A stretch of DNA of 64,000 nt, taken from Candidatus Nanopelagicales bacterium. GTDB taxonomy: Bacteria > Actinomycetota > Actinomycetes > S36-B12 > UBA10799. A program made the translations under genes and the position numbers. The stretch is from the NCBI GenBank assembly GCA_041393775.1, contig JAWKJM010000004.1, positions 384,701 to 448,700 of the forward strand, written 5' to 3'. Below are positions 1-10,920 of the stretch, in pieces. Each line of letters opens with the position of its first letter. Positions within the stretch are counted from its first letter, which is position 1. The notes beneath the pieces are model-generated. The model was not told the DNA's origin. It worked only from the letters and a program-made list of their open reading frames with translations, and did no database searches.

Positions 1-1005
1 CTCGGACTCGTGGTCGTCGACGAACAGCACCGATTCGGTGTCGAACAACGGGCGGCGTTGCTGGAGCGAGGGTCGGAGGGCAACAAACCGCATCTGCTCG
101 TGATGACGGCGACCCCGATTCCCCGGACCGTGGCGATGACCGTGTTCGGTGACCTGGATGTGACGACGTTGCGGGAACTGCCGAAGGGCCGCGCCGGTGT
201 CAGTTCGTTCGTGGTCGACGAGATCGGGGCCCCACGCCACGCGGAACGCACGTGGGAGCGGGTCGTCGAAGAGGTGCGGCAGGGACGCAAGGTCTACGTC
301 GTCTGCCCCCAGATCGGCGACGGGACCCCGTACGAGCCGTCCGCGGAGCTCCCCGCGGACCTCGCCGAACTCGACTTCGCCACCCCGGAGGGCACTCGTG
401 GGGTGCTGCGAACGGCGGAGGAGTTGCGCGAAGGGCAGCTGGCGCAGGTGCGAGTCGGCGTGATGCACGGGCGCATGCACTCGACCGAAAAGGCTGATGT
501 GATGCGGCGGTTCGCCGCGCCCTCCAGCAACGATGATGCGATCGACGTGCTGGTGGCGACCAGTGTCATCGAGGTCGGGGTCGATGTTCCCACCGCCACG
601 ATGATGGTCGTGCTCGACGCCGAGTCGTTCGGGGTTTCCCAGTTGCACCAGTTACGCGGCCGGGTCGGTCGTGCACAACTGCCCGGCCTGTGTCTGCTGT
701 CCACTCGCAAGCCCGAGGCCGTGGAACGCCTGGAGAAGGTGGCGGCCACCAATAACGGGTTCGATCTCGCCCGCATCGATCTCGAGCAGCGCAAGGAGGG
801 CGATGTCCTGGGTACCGCGCAATCCGGCAGGCTCACCCGGCTGCGGGTGCTGCGGGTGATCCGCGACGAACAGGTGATCGAGCACGCGCGCGAGGACGTC
901 GCCGACCTGCTGACGCGTGATCCCGGCCTGTCCGAACACCGCTCGCTGCGAGCCACGGTCAACCGATGGCAGACCGAGCAGACCGATTTTGTCGAGAAGA
1001 CGTGA
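1..1005 (+). CDS. recG: ATP-dependent DNA helicase RecG, C-terminal part (5' end outside window)
   Basis: The reading frame is open from base 1. It carries the DEQH box (VVDEQHRFGV), TATPIPRT and QLHQLRGRVGR helicase motifs. Confidence 0.9.
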   Translation, partial: LGLVVVDEQHRFGVEQRAALLERGSEGNKPHLLVMTATPIPRTVAMTVFGDLDVTTLRELPKGRAGVSSFVVDEIGAPRHAERTWERVVEEVRQGRKVYVVCPQIGDGTPYEPSAELPADLAELDFATPEGTRGVLRTAEELREGQLAQVRVGVMHGRMHSTEKADVMRRFAAPSSNDDAIDVLVATSVIEVGVDVPTATMMVVLDAESFGVSQLHQLRGRVGRAQLPGLCLLSTRKPEAVERLEKVAATNNGFDLARIDLEQRKEGDVLGTAQSGRLTRLRVLRVIRDEQVIEHAREDVADLLTRDPGLSEHRSLRATVNRWQTEQTDFVEKT

Positions 1006-1571
1006 CCCGGATCATCGCCGGTGAGGCCCGGGGCCGCCGCTTGAAAGTACCTGCGGCGGGGACCCGTCCCACTTCCGACCGGGTGCGGGAATCGCTGTTC
1101 TCCGCGCTGGACGCGCTCATCGAGATTGCGGGATCGGATGTGTTGGACCTGTACGCCGGATCCGGGGCGTTGGGTCTGGAGGCCTTGTCGAGGGGAGCGA
1201 GCAGGGTCGTGCTGGTGGACAGTTCGGTCGCCGCGGTCAGCGTCGTCGAGGCCAACGTCCGGGCCGTGGGCCTGCCCGGGGCGGTCGTCATCAGGTCGGG
1301 GGTGCGCGACTACCTGCGGCGCACTCCCAGCCCCGTTGATCTGGTCTTGATGGATCCTCCTTACGACCTGCCGGCAGCCGGGGTCGGGGACGTCCTCACC
1401 GCCCTCTGCGAGGGGTGGCTGGCACCGCAAGCAGTGGTTGTCGTAGAACGCGCTGCCCGCGAACCGCTGTTGGAGTGGCCGCCCGGCTTCGGACCAACCT
1501 GGAATCGCCGGTTCGGGGACACCCGGTTGCAGCGAGCGGTTTGGTACGGTCACGAGCAAGATCCCAGCTAG
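1002..1571 (+). CDS. rsmD: 16S rRNA (guanine966-N2)-methyltransferase RsmD
   Basis: AdoMet-binding motif [19 protein letters not shown] and the DPPY motif are present. GTG 1002 overlaps the recG stop (GTGA); the longest ORF would start at 966. Confidence 0.85.
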   Translation: MTRIIAGEARGRRLKVPAAGTRPTSDRVRESLFSALDALIEIAGSDVLDLYAGSGALGLEALSRGASRVVLVDSSVAAVSVVEANVRAVGLPGAVVIRSGVRDYLRRTPSPVDLVLMDPPYDLPAAGVGDVLTALCEGWLAPQAVVVVERAAREPLLEWPPGFGPTWNRRFGDTRLQRAVWYGHEQDPS

Positions 1572-1590
1572 CCACACATCCGAGGAGCCG

Positions 1591-2076
1591 ATGGTGCGCA
1601 GAGCGGTATGCCCAGGGTCGTTCGACCCTGTGACCAATGGTCACCTCGACATCGTGCACCGTGCCTGCCACTTGTTCGATGAGGTGACCGTGGCGGTGCT
1701 GATCAACAAGAAGAAGCAGTCGATGTTCACGGTCGAGGAGCGGATCGGACTCCTGCGCGAGGTCACCTCCGACATCCCCAATGTGGTGGTGGACTCCTTC
1801 CACGGCCTGTTGGTCGACTTCTGCCGCGACCGTGAGATCCAGGCGATCGTCAAGGGGCTGCGCGCCGTCAGTGATTTCGACTACGAACTGCAGATGGCGC
1901 AGATGAACTACCAACTCTCCGGCGTGGACACGGTGTTCGTCTCCACGAATCCCGAGTACTCGTATCTGTCCAGCAGCCTGGTCAAGGAAGTCGCGACCTA
2001 CGGCGGCGACGTCTCGAACCTATTGCCCGGCGTGGTCTTCGACCGTTTGCGCGAGCGTGTGACTAATACTGGGTGA
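1591..2076 (+). CDS. coaD: phosphopantetheine adenylyltransferase
   Basis: 161-aa ORF with the N-terminal [16 protein letters not shown] nucleotidyltransferase signature. Confidence 0.95.
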   Translation: MVRRAVCPGSFDPVTNGHLDIVHRACHLFDEVTVAVLINKKKQSMFTVEERIGLLREVTSDIPNVVVDSFHGLLVDFCRDREIQAIVKGLRAVSDFDYELQMAQMNYQLSGVDTVFVSTNPEYSYLSSSLVKEVATYGGDVSNLLPGVVFDRLRERVTNTG

Positions 2077-2093
2077 AACAGGAGGAGGCCCGC

Positions 2094-2774
2094 ATGGAGG
2101 TCTACGAACGGCTGGACGACCTGGTCGATCTGGTAGAGGGAGCACGTGGTGTTCCACTGTCCGACTCATGTGTCGTCAATCGCACGATCACCTTGGAACT
2201 GCTCGAAGCGGTGCGCAGTCTGATGCCTGCCTCACTGCGCGATGCGGCGACCATCCTGGCCGACCGCGACGACGTGCTGGAGGACGCCGCGCGAGAGGCT
2301 GAGTCCCGGGTAGCGGCAGCACAGGACGCCGCCGACGCCACGCTGTCCCGGGCCGAGAACGAGGCCGCGGCAATCGCGGCCCAGGCCCAGGCCGACGTGG
2401 ACCAGATGCTCGCCCAAGCGCAGTCCGATGCGGCCAGGACCGTGGATCGTGCCCGGGCCGAGGCCGAACGGCTCGTGGCGGCAGACACTGTCCGGCTGGA
2501 GGCCGAACGGCAGGCGAAGTCGGTGCGGGAACAAGCGGAGTCCGACGCGGCACGCGTGCGGGCGGAAGCGGACATCTATGTCGACAAGCGGTTGGCCAAT
2601 CTCGAAGACACACTGCGTGCAGCACTCGATCAGATCGGGCGGGGCAGGCGTCGCTCGAATGCGTCCGCCCCCAGCGCGCCGGCCGCGGACGTTCGCGACG
2701 GCGTCTACGACTTCACCCAGGATCCTGAGGTGGCCGGTGATCTCGTCGGTGGGCGGCGCCGCTCGGCACGCTAG
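2094..2774 (+). CDS. Ala/Glu/Arg-rich coiled-coil protein (ATP-synthase-b/DivIVA-like low-complexity), function unknown
   Basis: GGAGGAGG at 2081-2088 precedes ATG 2094. The sequence has long AEAERxxA-type heptad-like repeats. The ORF track gives a longer version starting at 2073. Confidence 0.6.
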   Translation: MEVYERLDDLVDLVEGARGVPLSDSCVVNRTITLELLEAVRSLMPASLRDAATILADRDDVLEDAAREAESRVAAAQDAADATLSRAENEAAAIAAQAQADVDQMLAQAQSDAARTVDRARAEAERLVAADTVRLEAERQAKSVREQAESDAARVRAEADIYVDKRLANLEDTLRAALDQIGRGRRRSNASAPSAPAADVRDGVYDFTQDPEVAGDLVGGRRRSAR

Positions 2775-2876
2775 CCGTTGATACCCTGAGAGGCGTGGTG
2801 TAACGCCACCATTTTTGGTGTGCCCTGTCGCGACGCGTCGGGTGCCCCTGAGTCGACGAGTTCAAGGATCGCGCAG

Positions 2877-3449
2877 ATGACAACGAGTGCTGGTGCGCCG
2901 TTCGTCTTCGACGTGCGCGATTTGATCGGCAGACCGGGTGGCTACGACCGGGTGGACGTCACCGAGTCGGCGGGCCCGGGCGTGCGTACCGACGTGGTCT
3001 CGGTCCCGGAAGATGCTCCCATCCGGGTCCAGGCGATGCTGGAGTCGGTGCGAGAAGGAGTTCTCGTGACCGGTACTGCTACAGCTGCCGGCGAGGCCGT
3101 GTGCAGTCGCTGCCTGGATCCGGTCACTGTGGACCTCGACGCCGCACTGCAGGAGTTGTACGTGTGGACCGCTGACGAGGCCGAGATCGACGATCTCGGG
3201 GAGCGTGCACCCCACCTGGACGGTGAACTGCTCGATCTGACGGCACCTGTGCGCGATGGGCTGATCCTCGAGATGCCTCTGGCGCCTTTGTGCGCCGATG
3301 ACTGCCCGGGTCTGTGCCCGCAGTGCGGGATCCGCCTCGCCGACGAGCCAGACCATCAGCACGACGTTTCCGACCCCCGCTGGGCGGCACTCTCCGCCCT
3401 CAAGAACGACCTGCTCAGCGAGCAGGCGCAATCATCCAAGGAGAAGTAA
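2877..3449 (+). CDS. YceD/DUF177 family protein (large-subunit ribosome-associated, precedes rpmF)
   Basis: Cys pairs CSRCL...CPGLCPQCG are typical of DUF177, and the gene sits in the conserved position directly upstream of rpmF. ATG 2877 lies within the ORF 2820-3449. Confidence 0.8.
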   Translation: MTTSAGAPFVFDVRDLIGRPGGYDRVDVTESAGPGVRTDVVSVPEDAPIRVQAMLESVREGVLVTGTATAAGEAVCSRCLDPVTVDLDAALQELYVWTADEAEIDDLGERAPHLDGELLDLTAPVRDGLILEMPLAPLCADDCPGLCPQCGIRLADEPDHQHDVSDPRWAALSALKNDLLSEQAQSSKEK

Positions 3450-3623
3450 GTGGCCGTTCCCAAGCGCAAGAAGTCGCGCAGCAACACCCGTGCCCGTCGC
3501 GCCCAGTGGAAGACCTCGGCGCCCAACCTGGCCACCTGCAAGCAGTGCGGTGAGCCGAAACTGCCGCATGCGGCGTGTTCGGTGTGCGGCACCTATGCCA
3601 AACGCCGAGTCCTCGACGTCTAG
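3450..3623 (+). CDS. rpmF: 50S ribosomal protein L32
   Basis: GTG 3450 lies directly after the yceD stop and translates to [21 protein letters not shown]...CKQCG...CSVCG. At 57 aa it is below the ORF-track size cut-off. Confidence 0.9.
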   Translation: MAVPKRKKSRSNTRARRAQWKTSAPNLATCKQCGEPKLPHAACSVCGTYAKRRVLDV

Positions 3624-3630
3624 GCCCGAG

Positions 3631-4344
3631 ATGCCGTCGTCGGCACGGCGGCAGGACTTGACCGAACTGGTGGACCGGCTCGGTCTGTCGGCGATGCCCG
3701 CGTCCTTGCCGTTGGCGATGGTGCACCGTTCGTTCTCCTACGAGAACGGCCGGATCCCCACCAACGAACGACTGGAGTTCCTCGGGGATTCCGTCCTCGG
3801 CCTGGTGATCACGGACCATCTGTACTCGACGTTCACCGACTTGCCGGAGGGCCAGCTGGCGAAGATGCGCTCGGCGATCGTGAACGCGCAGTCGCTGGCC
3901 GGTGTCGCCCGCGAACTGGGGGTGGGGCGGTTCCTGCAACTCGGCCGCGGCGAAGAGACCACGGGCGGTCGTGAGAAGGCTTCGATCCTGGCCGATGCGA
4001 TGGAGGCCGTCATCGGGGCGGTCTACCTGGAGGAGGGCCTTGACGGGGCTCGCCGCTTCATCCTCGAGAGGTTCGCCGCGCTGATCGAGTCCGTGCCGCT
4101 CCTAGGCGCCGGACTCGACTGGAAGACCAGCCTGCAGGAACTGGCTGCGCAGGCCGGGCAGGGCGTGCCGGAGTATGTGGTCACCGGCGAGGGGCCCGAC
4201 CACGCGCGCATGTTCACCGCACGGGTACGGGTGGGCGACCAGTTGTACGGGCGGGGCCAGGGCAGGACCAAGAAGCAGGCGGAGCAGGAGGCGGCTCAAA
4301 CCGCGTTCGAGCAGGTTCGGCGACTGCTCGCCGCCGATGCCTGA
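3631..4344 (+). CDS. rnc: ribonuclease III
   Basis: RNase III signature [13 protein letters not shown] and a C-terminal dsRBD ([16 protein letters not shown]). ATG 3631 lies within the longer ORF 3298-4344. Confidence 0.92.
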   Translation: MPSSARRQDLTELVDRLGLSAMPASLPLAMVHRSFSYENGRIPTNERLEFLGDSVLGLVITDHLYSTFTDLPEGQLAKMRSAIVNAQSLAGVARELGVGRFLQLGRGEETTGGREKASILADAMEAVIGAVYLEEGLDGARRFILERFAALIESVPLLGAGLDWKTSLQELAAQAGQGVPEYVVTGEGPDHARMFTARVRVGDQLYGRGQGRTKKQAEQEAAQTAFEQVRRLLAADA

Positions 4345-5167
4345 ACTCCCCGAGGTCGAGGTCGTCCGGCGCGGGCTGGAGCATTGGAGCGCCGGTCGCA
4401 GGATCGAGCAGGTCCAGGTGCTGCATCCCCGGGCGGTACGCCGGGACCCTCGCGGCGGCCAGGGGTTCGCAGACGCGTTGCGGGGTCAACCGCTCTCGGC
4501 CGTGCGTCGCAGGGGGAAGTTCTTATGGTGGCCGCTGGCAGGTGAGTCTGCGCTGATCGGGCATCTGGGGATGTCCGGACAATTCCGGGTCGATGCCGAT
4601 CGCACCGAGCACACACGCATCATCTTCGAGCTCGACGGGCGAGTTCTGTTGTTCGACGACCAGCGCACGTTCGGGGGCATGTGGCTCGACGCCACGGCCG
4701 ACGGGGTGCCGCGGACCTTGGCGCACATCGCCCCGGACACGTTCTCGCCGGCCTATGACCGGCGCAAGGTCGTGCGGACCATCCGGGCCCGGCGGGCACC
4801 CATCAAGTCCCTGCTGCTGGACCAAGGCGTGGTTTCGGGGATCGGGAACATCTACGCCGACGAGGCACTGTGGCATTCGAAGGTCCACTGGCGCACGCCG
4901 GGATGCGAATTGAGTGCGCGCAAGGTGGGACAGGTGCTCGACGCGGCCCACGGCGTGATGCAGGCGGCGATCGAGGCCGGCGGCACCTCGTTCGACAGTT
5001 TGTACGTCAACGTAAATGGCAGCAGCGGCTACTTCCAGCGCGACCTGTGCGCATACGGTCAAGCCGGGCTGCCCTGCCCGCGGTGCGGGACCCCGATCCT
5101 GCGCGAGCCGTTCGCCAACCGGTCCTCGTTCCGATGCCCTCGGTGCCAGCGGCCGGGTGCGAGCTGA
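4337..5167 (+). CDS. mutM: formamidopyrimidine-DNA glycosylase
   Basis: N-terminal MPELPEVE catalytic motif and a C-terminal zinc finger [25 protein letters not shown]. The gene overlaps the rnc stop by 8 nt. Confidence 0.92.
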   Translation: MPELPEVEVVRRGLEHWSAGRRIEQVQVLHPRAVRRDPRGGQGFADALRGQPLSAVRRRGKFLWWPLAGESALIGHLGMSGQFRVDADRTEHTRIIFELDGRVLLFDDQRTFGGMWLDATADGVPRTLAHIAPDTFSPAYDRRKVVRTIRARRAPIKSLLLDQGVVSGIGNIYADEALWHSKVHWRTPGCELSARKVGQVLDAAHGVMQAAIEAGGTSFDSLYVNVNGSSGYFQRDLCAYGQAGLPCPRCGTPILREPFANRSSFRCPRCQRPGAS

Positions 5168-5199
5168 GGAGGCACCCGAATCATCGGGCGCGAACCTCG

Positions 5200-5313
5200 T
5201 GTGACGAAGTTGCGGTGGCGAACCCTCGATTGTCACGAAGGTGTGCTGTCTCGAGCGCTCAGACCGCGCACCTTCGTGACACTGCGCGGGGCGGGCCACC
5301 AGCTTCGTCACAA
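5200..5313. repeat. Family B nested-palindrome element, copy B1
   Basis: TGTGACGAAGTTGCGG..TTGTCACGAAGGTGTGC..GACCGCGCACCTTCGTGAC..CTTCGTCACAA. It begins 32 nt after the mutM stop. Confidence 0.9.
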
Positions 5314-5514
5314 TCGTGTCCGCCGGGGATGTGCTGACGGGTCTGTTCGGCACTCGGATGAGCGAACACGCGGCGTCCAGACGGGTGTGTTCGCTTGACG
5401 CGCATCGCAGCGTTATGTCAATCTGATATATAGATGCGGCATCCCGTATCAAGAGGCAGCGCATCCATGCGGACGGTTTCGCGGAGCGCATGTGCATGGT
5501 TGTGGAGGACTCAG

Positions 5515-5694
5515 ATGGCCAAGGCGGTCTACACCCCTGGCGTTCATTTCGACCCCCGGCTCATGGCTGAACTGGTGGCTCTGCGCGCCCGGGTCACCGA
5601 ATTGGAGCGCGAAGTCAGTGCGCTGCGGGTCGAGCAGGCTTCGTTCGAGGACGAGGTCATGACCTTGTCGTCCCCGCCTGCCGTTCTGGCGTAA
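5515..5694 (+). CDS. small hypothetical coiled-coil protein (59 aa)
   Basis: GGAGGA lies 6 nt upstream of ATG 5515. The sequence MAKAVYTPGVHFDPRLMAELVALRARVTELEREVSALRVEQ has high GC3. I recognise no homolog. Confidence 0.35.
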   Translation: MAKAVYTPGVHFDPRLMAELVALRARVTELEREVSALRVEQASFEDEVMTLSSPPAVLA

Positions 5695-5863
5695 TCCGCC
5701 GGTCCGCGGTTTCAGTACGAGCCTGGGCGAACTCCGGCCGATTTCCTCCTTTCGTGTCGCGTGGCGCAGACCGCAGTCCCCGGTCGCGCGGGTTACGCTG
5801 ACACTCTTCCCCGACTGCCGGATCGACCGACCCGTGCAGTGTTTCGTGGCAGGAGGCACTTGA

Positions 5864-8800
5864 GTGCATCTGAGGAGTCTGACCCTTCGCGGTTTCAAGT
5901 CTTTCGCTTCTGCGACGACCATCGACCTCGAGCCTGGGATCACCTCTGTGGTCGGTCCGAACGGTTCGGGCAAATCCAACGTGGTCGACGCGATCGCCTG
6001 GGTCATGGGCGAGCAGGGGGCCAAGAGTCTGCGCGGCGGCAAGATGGAAGACGTCATCTTCGCGGGCACAGCGGGCAAGGCACCGCTGGGTCGCGCCGAG
6101 GTCGAACTCACCATCGACAACTCCGATGGCGCGCTGCCCATCGACTACACGGAGGTGACGATCCGGCGGACGTTGTTCCGCAGCGGAGGCTCCGAGTACG
6201 CGATCAACGGCCAGACATGCCGACTGCTGGACGTCCAGGAACTGCTGGCCGATTCAGGCATCGGCCGGGAGATGCACGTCATCGTCGGGCAGGGGCGACT
6301 GGACGCGATTCTGCGTGCGAGTCCGGAGGACCGGCGCGGTTTCATCGAGGAGGCCGCCGGGGTGCTGAAGCACCGTCGTCGCAAGGAGAAGGCCCTGCGG
6401 AAGCTGGAGCAGATCCAGTTGAACCTGCAGCGGCTCACCGATCTCGCCTCGGAACTGCGCCGTCAGCTCAAGCCGCTCGGACGCCAGGCCGAGGTCGCCC
6501 GTCGAGCCGTGACCATCCAGGCCGACGTGCGGGATGCGCGGCTGCGTCTGCTGGCCGACGACGTCGCCGGGGTCCAGCACGATCTCGCCCAGGAACAGGC
6601 GGATGAGAGCGCCGCGAAGGCCGAACGCGAAAGTGTTGAGGCGCAGCTCGAAGAGGCCCGAGCGCTTGAGGCCCGGCTGGAGCGACAACTGCAGGAGGTC
6701 GCCCCGCAGCTGCACGCTGCACGCACCCGGTCACTGGACCTGACCCGGCTGCGCGAGCGCACCAGCGGTCTGGTCGCACTCATCGTGGAGCGGCGCCGAT
6801 CGCTCGAACGTGAGCAACTGGAGTTCAGCTTCGGTGTGGACCCCGAGGATCTTCAGCGACAAAGTGAAGCCGTGGCGCAGCAGGTCGTCGACCAGGCGGC
6901 GGCAGCGCAGGAGGCTCAGCGCCAGTTCGAATTGGCCCGGACCCAGGCAGAGGAGATCGCTGCGCGTGTGCGCGATGAGCAGGCGAAGGTGATGACTGCG
7001 GAGAAGGCGCTGACCGAGTACCGCCAGCAAGTGGCGGCCGTCGAGCAGGCAGTCTCCGGAGGGCAGCGACTGGTCGAGGCGACCCAGATCCGGGCATCCC
7101 GGCTCGCGCAGCAGCAGGAACCCGCGCAGCAAGAGGCGCAGGACGCCGCTGCCGCGCTGGCCGCCCTTCCGACCGAGGAGACGCCGACCGAACAACTCGA
7201 CATGACGGCCGCCGACCAGGCGATGAGTGCTGCCGAGGAAGCCGTCGAACTGGCACGAGCCGAGTTGTCGACGCAGGAGCAGCAGCGCGCATCGCTGACT
7301 GCCCGCTGCGAGGCCCTCCGGGCCGCTGTCGCACATTCGCCGGAGCACTCCCTCGCCGCGGAGGTCCAGGAGGGGTCCCTGGACGGTCTGATCCGGGTCC
7401 GCCCCGGCTACGAGAAGGCAGTCGCCGTTCTGCTGGGGGCGCATGCCCGGGCGACTGTTCTGCGAGCAGGGGTCTCGTCCCTCGAGATCCTGGAGGCCGC
7501 CGGCGCCGACGTGGCCCTGCGGCTGGTGGTGCCGAGCCCGGTGTGGTCCGGCCAGGCCGGCCCGGAGGCGGCCTTGTCGTTCATTGAGGCACCCGAATCC
7601 CTGCGCGGCGCATTGAGTCAGATGCTGGCCAAGTGCGTGATCGTGGCCGACCTGGATGCGGCGTCGGCAACGGTCGCCGACGATCCCGAGGTGCTCGCCG
7701 CGACCGTGGACGGTCAGGTGGTCGGGCGCGGCATGGCCTGGCAGGGCTCTGACGGCGCGAACGTCATCGCCCTGCGCAACGCACTCGAGCAGGCCACCGA
7801 CGAGTTGGTGACCACCGAGTCCTGCTGGCGCCGAGCCGTGGATCATGTGGCGCGGGTGGAGGCCGAGGCCGCAACCAGCCGTGCCCATCGCGATGAGGTG
7901 CGCAACGCGGTGGCCCAGCAGCAGGCCCAGGCGGCAGCGGCCGCCGAACGCGACGTCCATGTCCGCAAGCGGGCCGCGGAGACCGCTCGTCGGCTCGAAC
8001 TCCTGGAGTCGGAGCAGTCGGAGGTGGCGCAGGCACTTACCGAGCAGCAGGCCGACGTGAAAGCGGCGGGGGACCGACTCGAACGGTTGCGCGAGGCCGG
8101 CGCTCCGGATGTCGATCGCTCCGCCTTGACCGAGCTGCTGGGCGGCCAGGAGCGAGCTCGTCAGGTGCATCACGAAGCGAGCCTGTCGGCACGATCAGCG
8201 CACGAGCGGCACGACAGCGTCCAGGCCAGACATGCGGAACTGCTCCAGCAGACTGAGCAGGCGCGGGAGGCCGTTGAGGCGGCAGTTCGCCGTCGGGTCC
8301 AGCGTGAGCAAGCGCTGACCACCTTGGGCCGCCTCGAGGAACTCGCCGGTCGAACAGCGGTTCTGGTGGACCAGGACGCTGCTGTTGCGGAGACCGACCT
8401 GTCGGTGCTCGAACGCGACCAGTTGCAGGTGCAGGCCGATCACGCGCGGGCCCGCGAGGCGACGCTGGAACTCGCAGAGCATGTGCAGCGACTGACCCAG
8501 GACGTCCACCGCGACGAGGTGCTTCGCGCCGGCAAGCGCGCAACGCTGGAGCAACTCACGGAGAAGGCGCTCGAGGAGTTCGGACTGACCATCGAGAACC
8601 TGGTGGGTGAATACGGCCCTGAGCAGATGATCGCCGGTGCCGACGGCGAGATGATCGCCTACGACAGGGGGCAGCAGCAGCGCCGGCTGAGAGAGGCAGA
8701 GCGGGGCCTGGCCCTGCTGGGCAGGGTCAACCCGTTGGCGCTCGAGGAGTTCGCCGCTATGGAGGAGCGTCACACCCACCTCGTCACCCAGATCGAAGAC

Positions 8801-9322
8801 GTCAAGAAGAGCCGGGAGGATCTGCTCGACCTGATCGCGGACGTGGACAACCGGGTGCAGCAGGTTTTCTCCGAGGCGTACGCCGACGTCGCGCGGGAGT
8901 TCGAGTACACGTTCTCGCGGCTGTTCCCGGGCGGGCAAGGACGATTGGTCCTCACGGATCCCGAGGACTTGCTGGTGACCGGTGTGGAGGTCGAAGCCCG
9001 GCCGCCCGGGAAGAAGATCAAGCGACTGTCACTTCTGTCCGGTGGTGAGCGCAGCCTGACGGCGGTGGCTTTCCTGGTCGCGTTGTTCAAGGCCCGACCC
9101 TCACCGTTCTACTTGCTGGACGAGGTCGAGGCGGCTCTGGACGATGTCAACCTGGGGAGGCTGATCGGCTTGCTCGAGGAGCTGCGGGAGACCTCGCAGT
9201 TGCTGGTGATCACTCACCAGAAGCGCACCATGGAGATGGCCGACGCCCTGTACGGGGTGACCATGCGGGCCGGGGTGACCGAGGTGATCAGCCAGCGGAT
9301 GCGGCAACTCCAGCCAGTCTGA
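5864..9322 (+). CDS. smc: chromosome segregation protein SMC
   Basis: 1152 aa with the Walker A motif GPNGSGKSN, long coiled coils, a hinge, the C-terminal LSGGE signature and Walker B LLDEVEAALD. AGGAGG precedes GTG 5864. Confidence 0.97.
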   Translation: MHLRSLTLRGFKSFASATTIDLEPGITSVVGPNGSGKSNVVDAIAWVMGEQGAKSLRGGKMEDVIFAGTAGKAPLGRAEVELTIDNSDGALPIDYTEVTIRRTLFRSGGSEYAINGQTCRLLDVQELLADSGIGREMHVIVGQGRLDAILRASPEDRRGFIEEAAGVLKHRRRKEKALRKLEQIQLNLQRLTDLASELRRQLKPLGRQAEVARRAVTIQADVRDARLRLLADDVAGVQHDLAQEQADESAAKAERESVEAQLEEARALEARLERQLQEVAPQLHAARTRSLDLTRLRERTSGLVALIVERRRSLEREQLEFSFGVDPEDLQRQSEAVAQQVVDQAAAAQEAQRQFELARTQAEEIAARVRDEQAKVMTAEKALTEYRQQVAAVEQAVSGGQRLVEATQIRASRLAQQQEPAQQEAQDAAAALAALPTEETPTEQLDMTAADQAMSAAEEAVELARAELSTQEQQRASLTARCEALRAAVAHSPEHSLAAEVQEGSLDGLIRVRPGYEKAVAVLLGAHARATVLRAGVSSLEILEAAGADVALRLVVPSPVWSGQAGPEAALSFIEAPESLRGALSQMLAKCVIVADLDAASATVADDPEVLAATVDGQVVGRGMAWQGSDGANVIALRNALEQATDELVTTESCWRRAVDHVARVEAEAATSRAHRDEVRNAVAQQQAQAAAAAERDVHVRKRAAETARRLELLESEQSEVAQALTEQQADVKAAGDRLERLREAGAPDVDRSALTELLGGQERARQVHHEASLSARSAHERHDSVQARHAELLQQTEQAREAVEAAVRRRVQREQALTTLGRLEELAGRTAVLVDQDAAVAETDLSVLERDQLQVQADHARAREATLELAEHVQRLTQDVHRDEVLRAGKRATLEQLTEKALEEFGLTIENLVGEYGPEQMIAGADGEMIAYDRGQQQRRLREAERGLALLGRVNPLALEEFAAMEERHTHLVTQIEDVKKSREDLLDLIADVDNRVQQVFSEAYADVAREFEYTFSRLFPGGQGRLVLTDPEDLLVTGVEVEARPPGKKIKRLSLLSGGERSLTAVAFLVALFKARPSPFYLLDEVEAALDDVNLGRLIGLLEELRETSQLLVITHQKRTMEMADALYGVTMRAGVTEVISQRMRQLQPV

Positions 9323-9415
9323 CCCCGCGGCGGGCAAGGGTCTTCGCGTGCCGGAAGACCTCGGGCGGACTGCTGGATCGCACCCGATGTCCAGGTTGCG
9401 ATGATGCCGGTCTGA

Positions 9416-10588
9416 ATGGCCGCAGGACCCGTCGGTCACACTGGAGTCGTGGATCTGATCGCTTACGTCGTTGTCGGCGTCGTCTTGCTCGTTCTCGTCG
9501 TCGTCCTCGCTGTCCGCTTGGTCTCTGGGCGACGGACGAAGGCCGTCGCGCCGCCGGAGGTCATCCCGGGTGTCGGGGATGATGCCACCGAGCCCCGGGA
9601 CACTGCGCTGCCCACCATCGAGGACGTGGTCCTGCCTGAACAGCCCGGCGCACCCACCATCGAACTTGAGCGGCCGAAGCCGACCAAAGGTCGCCTGGCG
9701 GCGCTGAAGGCCCGCCTTGCGCGATCCAATTCGGCGATCGGGCGGGGTCTGCTCGCTCTGCTGAGCAGCGACAGGATCGACGAGGCCACCTGGGAGGAGA
9801 TCGAGGACACGCTGATCATGTCCGATCTCGGGGTGGAGGCGTCCGGCGATCTGGTGGAGCGACTGCGAACCAGGCTTCGTGTCGACTCGGACGTCGATTG
9901 GCAGTCCGCGCTGCACGAGGAGTTGTTGGCTCTGGTCGGCCCGGACACGGATCGTTCACTCACGGCGGCGCGACAGGGCGACCGCCCCGCCGTGATCATG
10001 GTCGTCGGTGTCAATGGAACGGGTAAGACCACCACGACCGGCAAACTCGCCCGGGTACTGGTCGCCGACGGTCACACGGTGGTGCTGGGTGCTGCGGACA
10101 CATTCCGGGCTGCCGCCGCCGATCAGTTGCAGACGTGGGGCGACCGGGTCGGGGCCAGGGTTGTGCGGGGTCCCGAGTCCTCCGACCCTGCGGCCGTGGC
10201 GTTCGATGCCGTCGCCGAGGCCAACGCCGAGCAGGCCGACTGTGTTGTCATCGACACCGCCGGTCGGCTCCACACCAAAGTCGGTCTCATGGACGAACTC
10301 GGCAAGATCAAGCGGGTCGTGAACAAGCAGGGTCCGGTCGACGAGGTGCTCCTGGTGCTCGACGCAACCACCGGTCAGAACGGGCTCGCACAAGCCCGGG
10401 TGTTCAGCGAGGTGGTCGATGTCACCGGTGTCGTGCTCACGAAACTCGACGGCACGGCCAAGGGCGGGATCGTGGTGGCCGTGCAGAACGAACTCGGAGT
10501 CCCCGTCAAACTCGTGGGCCTCGGTGAGGGACCGGACGACCTGGCTCCGTTCGATCCGGACGCCTTTGTGAGTGCCCTGCTGGACTAG
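9416..10588 (+). CDS. ftsY: signal recognition particle receptor FtsY
   Basis: N-terminal TM segment followed by an NG domain with GVNGTGKTTT, DTAGR and TKLDGTAKGG motifs. Confidence 0.95.
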   Translation: MAAGPVGHTGVVDLIAYVVVGVVLLVLVVVLAVRLVSGRRTKAVAPPEVIPGVGDDATEPRDTALPTIEDVVLPEQPGAPTIELERPKPTKGRLAALKARLARSNSAIGRGLLALLSSDRIDEATWEEIEDTLIMSDLGVEASGDLVERLRTRLRVDSDVDWQSALHEELLALVGPDTDRSLTAARQGDRPAVIMVVGVNGTGKTTTTGKLARVLVADGHTVVLGAADTFRAAAADQLQTWGDRVGARVVRGPESSDPAAVAFDAVAEANAEQADCVVIDTAGRLHTKVGLMDELGKIKRVVNKQGPVDEVLLVLDATTGQNGLAQARVFSEVVDVTGVVLTKLDGTAKGGIVVAVQNELGVPVKLVGLGEGPDDLAPFDPDAFVSALLD

Positions 10589-10682
10589 CCTGACGGCTTC
10601 ATGATCCTGATTTGGTCTGGTCCTAATGGATCGGTCGTGGCGCTCGGGACCGGTTGCGGGTTGCGGGCAGATACTTCGGCCA

Positions 10683-10920
10683 GTCCGAGAACGGCTCGTG
10701 TCCGCGGTGGTCGCCCGCGAGGTTAGAGAACGTGCACGAGGTTAGAGAATGCACGTGTGGCTTCTCTAACCTCGTGCACGTTCTCTAACGCGAGCGACTT
10801 CCGCCCGGCATTTCCCGGGCTGAACGCCGCGGCCGGCCACGGCCATGGACGACTAGCGCGAGCGATTTCCGCCCGGCATCTCCCCGCCTGAACGCCGCGT
10901 TCGCGGATGACGAACGCGGA
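10683..10920. repeat. Family A modular palindromic element, copy A1 (core hairpin 10721-10789)
   Basis: Core GGTTAGAGAACGTGCACGAGGTTAGAGAA-TGCACGTGTGGC-TTCTCTAACCTCGTGCACGTTCTCTAAC. It is followed by about two ~66-bp units (GCGAGCGAyTTCCGCCCGGCAT..CTGAACGCCGCGGCCGGCCACGGCCATGGACGACTAG). Confidence 0.9.

Noticed and set aside
8350-8365. TCGAACAGCGGTTCTG resembles the actinobacterial LexA (Cheo) box TCGAAC-n4-GTTCGA.
   Set aside because: It lies deep inside the smc coding sequence, matches only 10 of 12 positions, and has no promoter context. It is probably chance.
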